Shown here: positions 8,513 through 18,842 of the stretch, piece by piece | Layout of the letters: every line of letters starts with the position of its first letter | Position numbering within the stretch: the stretch's first letter is position 1 | Assembly (NCBI GenBank): GCA_037441845.1 | Contig: JBBIRK010000005.1 | Coordinates: 160,001 to 224,000 of the forward strand | DNA from: Candidatus Zixiibacteriota bacterium | Lineage (GTDB): Bacteria > Zixibacteria > MSB-5A5 > UBA10806 > 4484-95 | Direction of reading: 5' to 3' | DNA length: 64,000 nucleotides | Made by a program: the position numbers and the translations under genes | Notes under the pieces: model-generated | Database searches by the model: none | What the model saw: the letters and a program-made list of their open reading frames with translations, nothing else | Told to the model about the DNA's origin: nothing

Positions 8513-11011
8513 CTATTCCTGCCACTCTCTGATTTTGTCCGAATACTCCTTCAACAAGTTTTTCGCCTTTTCCGGGGATTTGGATTCGATTTGAATCCAG
8601 AAAGCAGCCCGCGCTCTATCGGGCTTTATCAAAATATGCGCGCCGTCGCGGGCGAATCTTACCCCGTCTATGGTCAATCTGGTCTTGCCGGCGGTGTGCT
8701 CGATCAAGCGGCGCATCACCAGCCCCTTTTTCGTCCAGCTGCACGGGATCTCTTTCTGAGTGATTTTCAGGTTCGACCAAGGCCCATCGACCCTTCCCAG
8801 CCGCTTGCCCGATTTGGCTATCAACTCAAGAATCTTGGCGGTGGCGAACATCGCATCGGCGCCCACCTGGAACCCAGGGAAAATAAATCCTCCTTTGGTT
8901 CCGCCCACGAAATCGGCGCCGCGGCTATGCAAAGCATCCATCATCGACAAATGATTGTCTGGAAAACGTTCCACTGTAAGGCCGTTCTTTTCGGCGATTT
9001 GCTCGATTCCCGAACAAGCGGTAATCGGAACGGCGATTTTTTTCGGGTTGCTTGATACGAGAAAAAGACTCAATACTTTCAAGAGCAGTGCCTGATGTTC
9101 GACGAGATTGCCGGTTTCGTCCACCGCCAGTAATTGTTCGGCGTCCGGTGCGATCAAAAAACCGGCATCTGCCCTGAGTGATCTCACGATAGTTGACAAT
9201 TGTTTTATAGCGGCCTGCTTTTCCTTTTCGAAATAATGCAGCCTATCGGGATCGATATAAGCGTTGATCGAAACGAATTTGATGTCGAGCGTCCCCAGAA
9301 TCGCCGGCAGAATTTCGGCTGAGCTGCCGAATGAAAAATCTATGACGATCTTGAGATTCGCCCGCCGGATCGCCTCGATATCGAGCGCCCGCAGAAAACC
9401 GTCGCGATAATAATCTATCACCCGGCCGGGGAATTCTATCTTGCCGGTATCCTCCATTGCCGCCCGCCGAAAATCCTCGCGCGAAAACAGCCGCTCCAGA
9501 GATTTCGTCTTGTTTGTCGGAAGATCAAAACCGCCGGAATCGAAAAACACGATATCTATCAGCCGGCCGCCCGCCGAGGAGGTCCGGGCATAGATCCCGC
9601 CCGATTCCTGCCATAGACTGAGTTGATAGCGCAACACCGGAATCGGGATCGTCTGCAGTTCGGCCACGTTCACTCCGGATGAGATCAACCCGGCGATAAG
9701 CGCCCTGGTCACCATCCGCGAAGTGCGGCCGGCGTCGCGGCTGGTGATCACCGTGCTGTTCTTACCCAGCATCGCCCCATAGGCAGCTCCCAGCCTGGCC
9801 GCAAATTCAGGAGTGATTTCCACGTTGCCGATTCCGGTTATCTTGGATTCGGTGAACAGCTCTTTCGTCCAGCGCTCACCCCAGACGAGGCTCGAGGATA
9901 GAATCGCTCCGGCCTCGACTTCCTTATCGGGCCAAATTTTGACGTTGGCTCTTATCTGGGCTCCACTGCCGATTCTCGCGTTATCGGATATAATCGCATT
10001 TTCATCGACCGTCGCTTCCTCGGCGATCACCACTCCTTTGCACAGCACCGACTCCGATACTCGTGCGTGCGGTCCGATCGACACCGAATCCCAGGCCACA
10101 ACACGATTCAAGACGGCTTCCCGCCCGATAATCGATTTCGCTCCGATCACGCTGTTGAATATTCTGGCCCGGGGGCCGATTTTCGTCTTATCACCGATAA
10201 TCACGGTCCCGCTGAATTTGGCGGTCGGTGAGATCATGGTATCCCGTCCGATCCAGACCTTAGCGGTATCGCAATCCATCCTTTGACCTAAGGTTGCGAG
10301 ATTCAATTTCCCCTCGAGCAGGTCCTGATGCGCCTGGAAATATTCCTCGTTATTGCCTATATCGCGCCAGTACCCCTCCGCCACATAACCATACAGCCGC
10401 CTTTTCGACGAAAGCATCAGCGGAAACAGATCTTTGGAAAAGTCGAATTCACGCGCTTCGGGAATCAGATCCAGAACTTCGGGCTCGATTATGTAAATTC
10501 CGGTATTGATAGTATCCGAAAAGACCTGCCCCCACGATGGTTTTTCGAGGAACCGAGTGATTCGACCTTTCTCATCGGTGATGACTACTCCGTAAGCGAG
10601 GGGATTTTCCACTCTGGTCAAAACGATCGTCACCTCGGCTTTCCGATCATTGTGGAATTCGATGGCCTTGCTCAAATCGATATCCGTGGCCACATCTCCC
10701 GAAATGACCAGAAATCTTTCGTTCAGATATTTTTGCGCGTTTTTCACCGAACCAGCCGTTCCCAGATCGGCGGCCGACATGACGTAGTTGAACTTAACTC
10801 CGAAAGAAATACCGTCCTTGAAATACTCCTTTATTTGATCGGCTTGAAAATAGAGCAAGGCCGTCAATTCAGCGAACCCATGCCTTTTTAAAATTTTGAC
10901 CAGATGAGCCATAACCGGCAAACCACCAAGCGGAACCATCGGCTTGGGTATATTCAACGTCAACGGCCTTAGACGCGTCCCGAATCCTCCGGCCATTATG
11001 ACCGCTTTCAT
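8513..11011 (-). CDS. Mannose-1-phosphate guanylyltransferase fused to hexapeptide repeats and a phosphomannomutase-like domain
   Basis: MKAVIMAGGFGTRLRPLT..PKPM, LGTAGSVKN, INTGIYI, YWRDIG, then an LbH region and a C-terminal PMM/PGM fold (ITPEFAARLGAAYG). AAGGAGG Shine-Dalgarno. Confidence 0.88.
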   Translation of the reverse strand: MKAVIMAGGFGTRLRPLTLNIPKPMVPLGGLPVMAHLVKILKRHGFAELTALLYFQADQIKEYFKDGISFGVKFNYVMSAADLGTAGSVKNAQKYLNERFLVISGDVATDIDLSKAIEFHNDRKAEVTIVLTRVENPLAYGVVITDEKGRITRFLEKPSWGQVFSDTINTGIYIIEPEVLDLIPEAREFDFSKDLFPLMLSSKRRLYGYVAEGYWRDIGNNEEYFQAHQDLLEGKLNLATLGQRMDCDTAKVWIGRDTMISPTAKFSGTVIIGDKTKIGPRARIFNSVIGAKSIIGREAVLNRVVAWDSVSIGPHARVSESVLCKGVVIAEEATVDENAIISDNARIGSGAQIRANVKIWPDKEVEAGAILSSSLVWGERWTKELFTESKITGIGNVEITPEFAARLGAAYGAMLGKNSTVITSRDAGRTSRMVTRALIAGLISSGVNVAELQTIPIPVLRYQLSLWQESGGIYARTSSAGGRLIDIVFFDSGGFDLPTNKTKSLERLFSREDFRRAAMEDTGKIEFPGRVIDYYRDGFLRALDIEAIRRANLKIVIDFSFGSSAEILPAILGTLDIKFVSINAYIDPDRLHYFEKEKQAAIKQLSTIVRSLRADAGFLIAPDAEQLLAVDETGNLVEHQALLLKVLSLFLVSSNPKKIAVPITACSGIEQIAEKNGLTVERFPDNHLSMMDALHSRGADFVGGTKGGFIFPGFQVGADAMFATAKILELIAKSGKRLGRVDGPWSNLKITQKEIPCSWTKKGLVMRRLIEHTAGKTRLTIDGVRFARDGAHILIKPDRARAAFWIQIESKSPEKAKNLLKEYSDKIREWQE

Positions 11012-11121
11012 AAGAAACTCCTCCTTAAAGCGAAATTATCATCTTGAGACGCAATATTCAAGCCAATTAATCCCCCACGGCTGCATTCTTAATCCCGACG
11101 TATCTGACCGAACATGAAAGC

Positions 11122-11796
11122 CTAATCCTTTTCGTGTATTTCCCTTAGTATCCGAGCCACGTCGTGAAAATCACGATATACATGATTCGGGACATTGCGG
11201 GCGTCCAACAGCTCCTTTAGAAAACCTCGAGCGAAAACGATATCAGCGGCCAAGGCTCCATGGCAATCGGAGTGACCATCGCCTATGAACACGGCCTTCT
11301 CATCAGCCCCCAAGAGTTCTCTAATTCTTGCCCCTTTGCAATTTGCACAGCTAAAACAGGTTTTCGGATCGTAGTAAATGAATTCGGGATAGATGCGTCC
11401 GTTTTTGATAACGGTCGGATGACACAAGACCTGAAGTCGGTCGAGGCCGTGCCGGCGCAAGATGGGTTCGATATAGAAATCGAACCCCGCAGACAGCACG
11501 GTTATGGGGATATCGAGGCGCTCGCAGATATCGACGAATTCGATGAAACCCGGGGTGATTAATTGTTTATCTATAAACCGCTTGATTTCGTTCAATGGGG
11601 CGGGATATTCGTTGTAAATATCGCATTCACCCTGGAGGCACTCTATTGCGGATATTTCCCCGCGGCGATATTTCTGGACGATCATCTCCGCACGTCCCTG
11701 GGCGAACTTGCGGAAAAATTCATAACCAACGTCCGATTCGGTCACCGTGCCGTCGAAGTCGACGAAAACGTGGTATTTTTTCTTATCCTTTTTCAT
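11122..11796 (-). CDS. MtnX-like HAD-IB family phosphatase
   Basis: FVDFDGTVT (motif I), LSAG (II), NCK (III), IGDGHSD (IV). Confidence 0.8.
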   Translation of the reverse strand: MKKDKKKYHVFVDFDGTVTESDVGYEFFRKFAQGRAEMIVQKYRRGEISAIECLQGECDIYNEYPAPLNEIKRFIDKQLITPGFIEFVDICERLDIPITVLSAGFDFYIEPILRRHGLDRLQVLCHPTVIKNGRIYPEFIYYDPKTCFSCANCKGARIRELLGADEKAVFIGDGHSDCHGALAADIVFARGFLKELLDARNVPNHVYRDFHDVARILREIHEKD

Positions 11797-12051
11797 CCGC
11801 CATTCAATCGGGCTATTGAATTATATTTTTCCCCGGGCTTTTGTTCCAACCGGACGAGAGATTTTCTGTCGGTCAGTTAATGTCGCTTTATCATGAAACA
11901 CTATGCCGAATCTATATCCGCTCTTGTCCGCGAATCCAGTTGCTTATGCGATTAAACACCCGAATATAATAGCCTCTGGGGATGCCGATGGCAAGAATAG
12001 AACCGTGGCAATAAAGGCCGATTTCCATTAATACCGAGTATCCGAATGCTC

Positions 12052-13689
12052 TTAATTGGAAAGGTAAGACGAATAAAGCGGCGGCGTAATCAATAATTCA
12101 CGGGCCTTGAGCAGTTCGGGATCGAATCTCAACGAGACCAGGCGGATAGAGGCTTTGTGCCCCAGGTGCTCCTCGATAAAACGCTCATACAGAGCGGCGC
12201 ATAGAGAGGCTTTGGAAGCCGTTATTTCTTGGGAAGACCATTTCCGCAATGTTTCTCTTATGATTTTCAAATGCGGGGCGATTATTTTATCGCTTTCTAA
12301 AACCTGATATTGTTTTAGAAACCGCCCGAAATCGCGGTCGATCGGACTGAGATAAGAATAGCCTTGACGATATAAATACGCCTCGAAAGCCTCGAATATT
12401 TCGCCGGTGACCACGAAATCGTCATCGATCCGCGTTTTCTTCGAATCGCGCAGGACAAAATCGCTCAGCAAACCGAGCGAAAACATTTCTTCCACCAACG
12501 GCGAATTTTGATTTTTTTCGATGTATATATCTGGTATGATTCCGCCGCCGCCGAAAACGTTGCGACCGGATTTGGTCAGATAAACGATCGAACCGCCGCG
12601 CTCGACATGAAATTTTTTTTCATCGCTGAGTGAGTCTCGATTGATGCAACGGTCTGATGGAGTGTAATATTTAGCGGTCGTCAATTTCAGGGCCGCATCT
12701 CCGGAGATCTGGAATATCTGCTGGACCAAACCTTTGCCGTATGATTCCTGCCCGACTATCAGTCCCCTATCATGGTCTTGAATAGCGCCGGCCACTATTT
12801 CGGCCGCCGAAGCGGTTTGTCCGTCTATGACGATCACGAGCGGCAAGTCAATGCAAACGCCGTCCTGCACCGCTTCGTACGACCGGGAATTGCTATAGCT
12901 TCGCCCGCGCGTCTCCACGATCTTATCGCCTTTATGAAGAAATAACGCCGCCGTCTCGACCGCTTCGTAGAGCAGACCCCCCGGATTATGGCGCAAATCG
13001 ATTATTAATCCCTTCAGACCCGAATTCCGCATATTCGTTATAATCTGTCGCATCCGCGCTGCACAGCCATCCGAGAATTTCACGCATTTGATATACCCGA
13101 TGCCGGCATCGTCGATCTCGTCGTAAGTAATCGATTCCTGCGACATCTTGATTCGGACCGGTTCCCTGACTATTTCCGTCTTCTCCACCGGCCGCCATAT
13201 CCGTACCGCCACCCGGCTTCCTTCTTTTCCCCTGAACAAGCGCAGACATTCCGAGCGCGATAATCCTACAGCTTCAATACCGTCGATCGAAAGAATGCGG
13301 TCCCCGATTCTTATATCCGAAATTTTCGCCGGACTTTCGTCGATGACTCCGGAGATCCTCAGGGTGTCACCCACATTTTCCAATTGAACCCCGATACCGA
13401 CATATTCGCCATGGGTTTCTTGCATAAGATAATCATAATCGCCTCCCGCCAGATATTGACTGTAAGGATCAAGCTTCTCCATCAAACCGTCCACGCCGGC
13501 TCGGGCGATTTTATCGGGTTCTATGTCATTCACGTACTTTTCGGAAACCGTATAGGCGACGATATCGAACAAACGAACAGCCGATAGCATATCGTCGGAG
13601 GACGCGCCCGCAAAAGCGACCGCAAAACAGAGCAATAAAAAAGGCCCGGAGATCATTCCGAGCTTTTTGAGTCGAGTCCTTTTTTTCAT
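12052..13689 (-). CDS. S41A carboxy-terminal processing protease (CtpA-like) with PDZ domain
   Basis: LDPYS, DLRHNPGGLL, TASAAEIVAGAIQD (catalytic Ser), GKGLVQ (catalytic Lys), LTTAKYYTPS. Confidence 0.9.
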   Translation of the reverse strand: MKKRTRLKKLGMISGPFLLLCFAVAFAGASSDDMLSAVRLFDIVAYTVSEKYVNDIEPDKIARAGVDGLMEKLDPYSQYLAGGDYDYLMQETHGEYVGIGVQLENVGDTLRISGVIDESPAKISDIRIGDRILSIDGIEAVGLSRSECLRLFRGKEGSRVAVRIWRPVEKTEIVREPVRIKMSQESITYDEIDDAGIGYIKCVKFSDGCAARMRQIITNMRNSGLKGLIIDLRHNPGGLLYEAVETAALFLHKGDKIVETRGRSYSNSRSYEAVQDGVCIDLPLVIVIDGQTASAAEIVAGAIQDHDRGLIVGQESYGKGLVQQIFQISGDAALKLTTAKYYTPSDRCINRDSLSDEKKFHVERGGSIVYLTKSGRNVFGGGGIIPDIYIEKNQNSPLVEEMFSLGLLSDFVLRDSKKTRIDDDFVVTGEIFEAFEAYLYRQGYSYLSPIDRDFGRFLKQYQVLESDKIIAPHLKIIRETLRKWSSQEITASKASLCAALYERFIEEHLGHKASIRLVSLRFDPELLKARELLITPPLYSSYLSN

Positions 13690-13734
13690 TTTGCCCCCGA
13701 GAAAGGCCGCAATACGGCCCGTATCGAGGCTCCT

Positions 13735-14352
13735 TTAGATACCGAATTTTTCCTTAACTATCGCCCTTATCTTCTCCTGAATGTTATTTATATCGTCCAT
13801 ACCGTTGACCACCTTAAAGCGGTCTTTATTCGTTGTTGCAATATGCAAATATCCCCGGCGTACGCGTTCAAAGAACTCCCGCCCTTCGTTTTCGATACGA
13901 TCGCCGGTCTTATTTTGAGCAGCCAGCCTTCTTATGGCTTCCTCGACGGTGATATCGACATATACAGTCAGGTCGGCGACCAGGCCACCGGTGGCCAACC
14001 TGTTTATCTTCTCGACCTCCTCAATTCCTATATTCCTGGCGAACCCCTGATAGGCGGTCGATGAATCCGCATATCGATCACATAGCACGGTTTTGCCCTC
14101 GGCCAAAGCCGGTTTTATGACCTCATTCACCAGCTGTGCCCGCGAGGCGCTGTAAAGCAGAAATTCGGTCAGGCCGGTCATTCCTCGATTTTCTTTATCC
14201 AGCAGCAAAGCCCTGATTTTTTCCGAAATTGCCGTTCCGCCGGGTTCGCGAATTCGAACCACTTCGCGGCCAAGCCCGCGAAGGTATTTTTCGAGAAGAT
14301 CGCACTGGGTGCTCTTGCCGGAAAAATCTATTCCCTCGAACGTAATGAACAT
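13735..14352 (-). CDS. tmk: Thymidylate kinase
   Basis: MFITFEGIDFSGKSTQ, REPGGT, CDRYADSS. The ATG at 14352 is coupled to the upstream TGA (TGATG). Confidence 0.95.
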   Translation of the reverse strand: MFITFEGIDFSGKSTQCDLLEKYLRGLGREVVRIREPGGTAISEKIRALLLDKENRGMTGLTEFLLYSASRAQLVNEVIKPALAEGKTVLCDRYADSSTAYQGFARNIGIEEVEKINRLATGGLVADLTVYVDITVEEAIRRLAAQNKTGDRIENEGREFFERVRRGYLHIATTNKDRFKVVNGMDDINNIQEKIRAIVKEKFGI

Positions 14353-15212
14353 CAATTCCCCTTTTGCGAAAAAGCCAGAACCAAAGCGCCGATAATTATA
14401 AGACCTCCCAATACCGTCGTCAACCTCGGCAATTCCCCGAATATGATCACAGCCCATACGGTTGCAAGTACCGGCTCGCCTACTATCGATAGGCCGACTT
14501 TGTGCGCAACCACATGCTTAAGCGAATAATTATAAAGCGAATGACCCAGCAAAGTCGGGATTATCGCCAATAAGAGAAACAGCCCATAGTCCCGCGCCTT
14601 ATAGCCGGTCAGAGATTCCCCGAGGGCTGCCAAAATCAAAATCAAAGTCAAAGCGGAGACGCCGTAAACCACGGCTATGTATGGTGTCGTGCTGACTGAT
14701 ACCCTGACGATTCTTCCAATGAATAGGTATGCTCCGGCCATTATGGCGCCGGCAAGCGCAAGTAAGTCGCCAAGCAGATATTTTCCTTCGAGCCCGAGGT
14801 CGAAACCGGCGATGATAACCGAGCCGACTATCGCCATAAAAATCGCAATCATTCCCCGCCTGCCGATTTTCTCTTTCAAAATTAGTTTCGAAAATATGGC
14901 TACGAATACCGGCTGAGTGGTGACCAACACTACAGACGCAGCGATAGTTGTGTATTCCAAAGAACCGACCCAAAAAAAGAAATGCCAGCCCAGTAAAAAT
15001 CCAGCCAGCGCCGTCAGCGATAGGGTCAGACGGTTGAATTCGGCGAATCGATGTCGGTGAAATATGATTACGGGGGGAATCAATAAAACCGCCGCGAAAA
15101 GCATACGATAGGCAGCAATCGCAATCGCCGGAGCGGAACTGGCACGAATGAAAATCGCCGCCCAGGATACGCAAATCACGCCGGGGATCAAGGGCAGCCA
15201 TTTGATTTTCAT
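14352..15212 (-). CDS. DMT/EamA family transporter
   Basis: About 10 TM helices, two EamA repeats (ILKEK, GDLLAL, GEPV). Confidence 0.88.
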   Translation of the reverse strand: MKIKWLPLIPGVICVSWAAIFIRASSAPAIAIAAYRMLFAAVLLIPPVIIFHRHRFAEFNRLTLSLTALAGFLLGWHFFFWVGSLEYTTIAASVVLVTTQPVFVAIFSKLILKEKIGRRGMIAIFMAIVGSVIIAGFDLGLEGKYLLGDLLALAGAIMAGAYLFIGRIVRVSVSTTPYIAVVYGVSALTLILILAALGESLTGYKARDYGLFLLLAIIPTLLGHSLYNYSLKHVVAHKVGLSIVGEPVLATVWAVIIFGELPRLTTVLGGLIIIGALVLAFSQKGN

Positions 15213-15308
15213 AAGCGTCAGCCTTGCTGCTCCCGCCCGTACGCGAAATCAAGACTCTGCGTTATTAGGATATTCCGGGAAATCATAATCCGGCGATTTC
15301 CGCCCCAC

Positions 15309-16055
15309 TCATATACCGTCGCTGCCATAAGAAACACGGCCCTGAAGATATGACCGCAGGTCGCCGGGTCTATTGGTGATTATCCCATCGACGCCGATCT
15401 CAATAAGCCGCGAGGCTATCCGGAAATCATCGACGGTCCAAGCGAATACCGGCACTGCTTGCCTTTTCAGCTTATCGACCAGTCTCCGGGTTATGATATT
15501 ATAATGCAGATGGGCGACATCGGCGCGACATAGACTGAACAGGTTCCCCACGAACGGTCCCCCCAGCCGGTTCATGAACAACACTTGTTCTTGACCGATT
15601 ATCCAGCCCGTCCTGATCGATCTATTCAGATGTTTTAGTTTCAGAATCACCCAAGGGAAAAACGAGGACAAGACGACTTCATCCGGGTTCGAGTAGGCAG
15701 TGACCATTTCAATCACCGCTTCTTCGTAGCCGCCGGCTTTCAATTCGATATTCAGTTTCAACTTGCCGCTGAAACGAATCAACACGTCTTCGAGCCGTGC
15801 CAGCTCGAAACCTTTTTCTTTGCACCTATCCCGAAGGTCGCTATAATCGACGGATGCCACCGGCCGCGCCAGCCCCTCGCCGGTCCAGATATCCCAATCG
15901 TGAAACAGCACCAACTGGCCGTCCCGGGTTTGCCTAACATCGAATTCGACCATATCGGCTTTTTCGCGCACGGCTTGGTCGAGCGATTCGATCGTATTGT
16001 CCGGCAGGAAAGCGGACGATCCCCTGTGGCCTACGATGGTTATATTATTTTTCAT
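15309..16055 (-). CDS. Glycerophosphodiester phosphodiesterase (GDPD)
   Basis: VGHRG..PDNT, VEFDV..TRDG..VLFHD, NIELK, AWTVD, GVDGIITNRP. Confidence 0.9.
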   Translation of the reverse strand: MKNNITIVGHRGSSAFLPDNTIESLDQAVREKADMVEFDVRQTRDGQLVLFHDWDIWTGEGLARPVASVDYSDLRDRCKEKGFELARLEDVLIRFSGKLKLNIELKAGGYEEAVIEMVTAYSNPDEVVLSSFFPWVILKLKHLNRSIRTGWIIGQEQVLFMNRLGGPFVGNLFSLCRADVAHLHYNIITRRLVDKLKRQAVPVFAWTVDDFRIASRLIEIGVDGIITNRPGDLRSYLQGRVSYGSDGI

Positions 16056-16086
16056 CAAAAGGCGGCGGTGATTCGCCTTACGGCCT

Positions 16087-17271
16087 TTATTTTTTCGCTT
16101 TTGCGGAGGCGGCGTTCTTAAGCCGGTTTTTCGTCGATATTTGCGAAATTTTCGCCTTCTTAGACGGTTTTTTGCCGTTGCCGCCGATATCGATTACGTT
16201 GGCGTATTGCGCTATGAATTCCTCGGTTTTTCTGCGCGCGTCCTCATCGAAATATTGCTCGGGCGGCGATTTCATGAAATATGCCGATGGGCCGAAAAGA
16301 GCACCGGACAATTTATGATCCAGAGCCAGCTTGCAGCAGCGGACGGCGTCGATCACGACCCCCGCCGAATTCGGGGAATCCCAGACTTCAAGCTTCAACT
16401 CGATGTTGAGAGGAACATCGCCGAACGATCTTCCCTCGAGCCGGATATAAGCCCATTTGCGATCGAGCAACCACGCCACGTAGTCGGATGGTCCGATATG
16501 AACGTTATCGGGGCCGAGATCGTAATCAAGTTGAGAAGTGACTGCGGAGGTTTTGGAGATTTTTTTCGATTCCAGACGCGACCTCTCGAGCATGTTCAAG
16601 AAGTCGGTGTTTCCTCCGACATTAAGTTGGCTGGTTCTTTCGAGCCGGACCCCGCGATCGCGATAGAGTCGAGTGAGAATCCGATGGAGAATCGTAGCCC
16701 CGACCTGGGATTTAATATCATCACCGATTATCGGCAGCCCGCGTTGCTCGAATCGGGTTCGCCAGTATTTCTCGCGGGCGATAAAGACCGGAATGCAATT
16801 TACGAAACCACAGCCGGCATCGAGCACCTGTTCGACATACCATTTGGTCGCCTCTTCCGAACCGACCGGCAGGTAATTGACCACCACGTCGGTCCCGGTG
16901 TCTTTAAGCACCTTCACGATATCACATGTCGGTCCGGGTGCCTTTTCGATTATCTTGGAAAGATATAATCCCAGACCGTCATGAGTCATGCCTCTCATGA
17001 CCTTCACCCCTTTTTTGGGGACCTCGGCGAATTTGAAAGTGTTGTTCGGTTTCGTGAAAATCGCTTCGGCCAGGTCTTTGCCGACTTTGTTTTTGTCGAT
17101 ATCGAAGGCCGCGGAAAACTCGATGTCGGAGATATGATATCCGCCGAGATTGACATGCATCAGCCCGGGGACGAAATCCTTTTCCGACGCCTTGCGGTAG
17201 TATTCGATCCCTTGCACAAATGATGATGCGCAATTTCCCACTCCGATTATTCCGACCCTGATTTTGCCCAT
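16087..17271 (-). CDS. ino1: myo-inositol-3-phosphate synthase (MIPS)
   Basis: [56 protein letters not shown]. Carries an extra Lys-rich C-terminal tail. Confidence 0.95.
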   Translation of the reverse strand: MGKIRVGIIGVGNCASSFVQGIEYYRKASEKDFVPGLMHVNLGGYHISDIEFSAAFDIDKNKVGKDLAEAIFTKPNNTFKFAEVPKKGVKVMRGMTHDGLGLYLSKIIEKAPGPTCDIVKVLKDTGTDVVVNYLPVGSEEATKWYVEQVLDAGCGFVNCIPVFIAREKYWRTRFEQRGLPIIGDDIKSQVGATILHRILTRLYRDRGVRLERTSQLNVGGNTDFLNMLERSRLESKKISKTSAVTSQLDYDLGPDNVHIGPSDYVAWLLDRKWAYIRLEGRSFGDVPLNIELKLEVWDSPNSAGVVIDAVRCCKLALDHKLSGALFGPSAYFMKSPPEQYFDEDARRKTEEFIAQYANVIDIGGNGKKPSKKAKISQISTKNRLKNAASAKAKK

Positions 17272-17301
17272 CTTTACTCCCTCATTGATTAAGGTAAATG
17301 A

Positions 17302-17931
17302 TTATTTCGTTTCACCTATGAGACGGCGCACGTGCATTATCCGCTGCAGCACCGTTATATTGGACATGATCGCTACGAATAAGATCGCCGCAACCACCAG
17401 CGCATGCTCGATATTGACGGCTTTGCTCAATGCTCCGCCGAAAATGCCATCGAACACGCTGGCGGCGGCTATATAGGTTACCCGTTCCGGCCTCTGCATT
17501 ACGCCTACTTTGCAGCTATACCCCAGCCCCTCGGCTCTGGCTCTCGTATATGATGTCATAAGCGAACCGGTTATCGCCATGATTATCAAGATATCGATAT
17601 ATGGCCGGTTGAAAAAAAGCAACAGCCCGAGAAAAACCAAGACATCGCTGTAACGATCTATCGTCGAATCGAAAAAAGCGCCGAATTTGCTTATTCGACC
17701 GGTTTCTCGGGCTACTCGGCCATCGAGGGTATCGAATGTCCCCGCCAAAGCCAATAAAAGTCCGCCTGCCAGGAAACTGCCGCGCCGAAAATAATAGGCG
17801 GCGACAAACGTCAATATCAAACCGGAAAGGGTAATCAAATTCGGGCTGATTCGACTGTATATCAGGATGCTGGCCACCGGGGTCAAAAGCTTCAGATAGC
17901 CATTTACGATTCTTTCACCAATCAATTTCAT
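17302..17931 (-). CDS. CDP-alcohol phosphatidyltransferase (phosphatidylinositol-phosphate synthase-like)
   Basis: SPNLIT, DTLDGRVAR...FGAFFDSTIDRYSD signature, SYTRARAEGLG, QRPER. Immediately upstream of ino1. Confidence 0.88.
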   Translation of the reverse strand: MKLIGERIVNGYLKLLTPVASILIYSRISPNLITLSGLILTFVAAYYFRRGSFLAGGLLLALAGTFDTLDGRVARETGRISKFGAFFDSTIDRYSDVLVFLGLLLFFNRPYIDILIIMAITGSLMTSYTRARAEGLGYSCKVGVMQRPERVTYIAAASVFDGIFGGALSKAVNIEHALVVAAILFVAIMSNITVLQRIMHVRRLIGETK

Positions 17932-17996
17932 AGCCAGCCGTTCGAAATTTGAAAATTATTCCCCCTGCGGCCAAAGTCAAGCGAAATCACCGACCC

Positions 17997-18842
17997 TCAA
18001 CCACCCGAATGCCTTATTTTACCCTCGAGTATTATCGAAAAGAAAGCGATCAGCAAGGCAATGACCCCATCCATCAGATAATGATAGCGCAGATACACGC
18101 CGCCCCAGAAGACGGCGGTCATCAATGCGAAAGAAAGAAAAATGTAAATTTTGCCATGATCCCAAAGATAAAGCGCCGATATCGTCACTAAACCAAAGTA
18201 AACCGCAGGGAAAGAACCCCCCTCGATTGAAACCATATTTATAATAATCGGCGCCATCTGGGTTATTTTTCCACCGTAAAAATCCAGGTAAAAGATACCG
18301 GCAAGTCCTTCTCTTGGGCCGCTGACAGGAAACAGGGAAATGATCGCAAAACTGATACAACAGGCTATAGTCAGGGAGGTAAGATACGATTCGAGCTGTT
18401 GCCGACGCCCGAGTTTTTTCAATAAAAAGATCGCGATCACGGGCAAAGTTATCCCGAGCATATAGCCGAAATAGCTTAATTCATTGAGCCAGATTTCCAT
18501 TAGGCGTTGCATTATAAATGAAGGATGAAACCCCAGCAGATTGAATTCGAATCGACTTAACGCCTCGTCTTGCGCCGCCAATCCGAAAATGCTATGCTCC
18601 GCGCCGGCCGTTTTGTAAAACAAGAATAAAACGGCCAGAATTATCCCGGCGCGCGGCAGAATCATCGACCCCGCCCGGTCGACGAGCCGCAAAATCACAA
18701 TCAACAATAAAAACAAAGCAGCGGCGAAATAAAATATGATAAAACTCGACTTGCCCTGGCCGGCTCTCAATAGCACCAAGACGATCTGAAAAATAACATA
18801 GATCAGCAGAACCGACTCGGGAGTGCCTAATCGTGGTCTAAT
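17997..18842 (-). CDS. PAP2/AUR1-like integral membrane protein
   Basis: Multi-TM protein with FPVSGP, GSFPAVY (C2-like) and GVYLRYHYLMDG (C3) motifs. The frame is open upstream of the called TTG (18779) to 18863; the start is uncertain, possibly ATT at 18842. Confidence 0.7.
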   Translation of the reverse strand: MRPRLGTPESVLLIYVIFQIVLVLLRAGQGKSSFIIFYFAAALFLLLIVILRLVDRAGSMILPRAGIILAVLFLFYKTAGAEHSIFGLAAQDEALSRFEFNLLGFHPSFIMQRLMEIWLNELSYFGYMLGITLPVIAIFLLKKLGRRQQLESYLTSLTIACCISFAIISLFPVSGPREGLAGIFYLDFYGGKITQMAPIIINMVSIEGGSFPAVYFGLVTISALYLWDHGKIYIFLSFALMTAVFWGGVYLRYHYLMDGVIALLIAFFSIILEGKIRHSGG

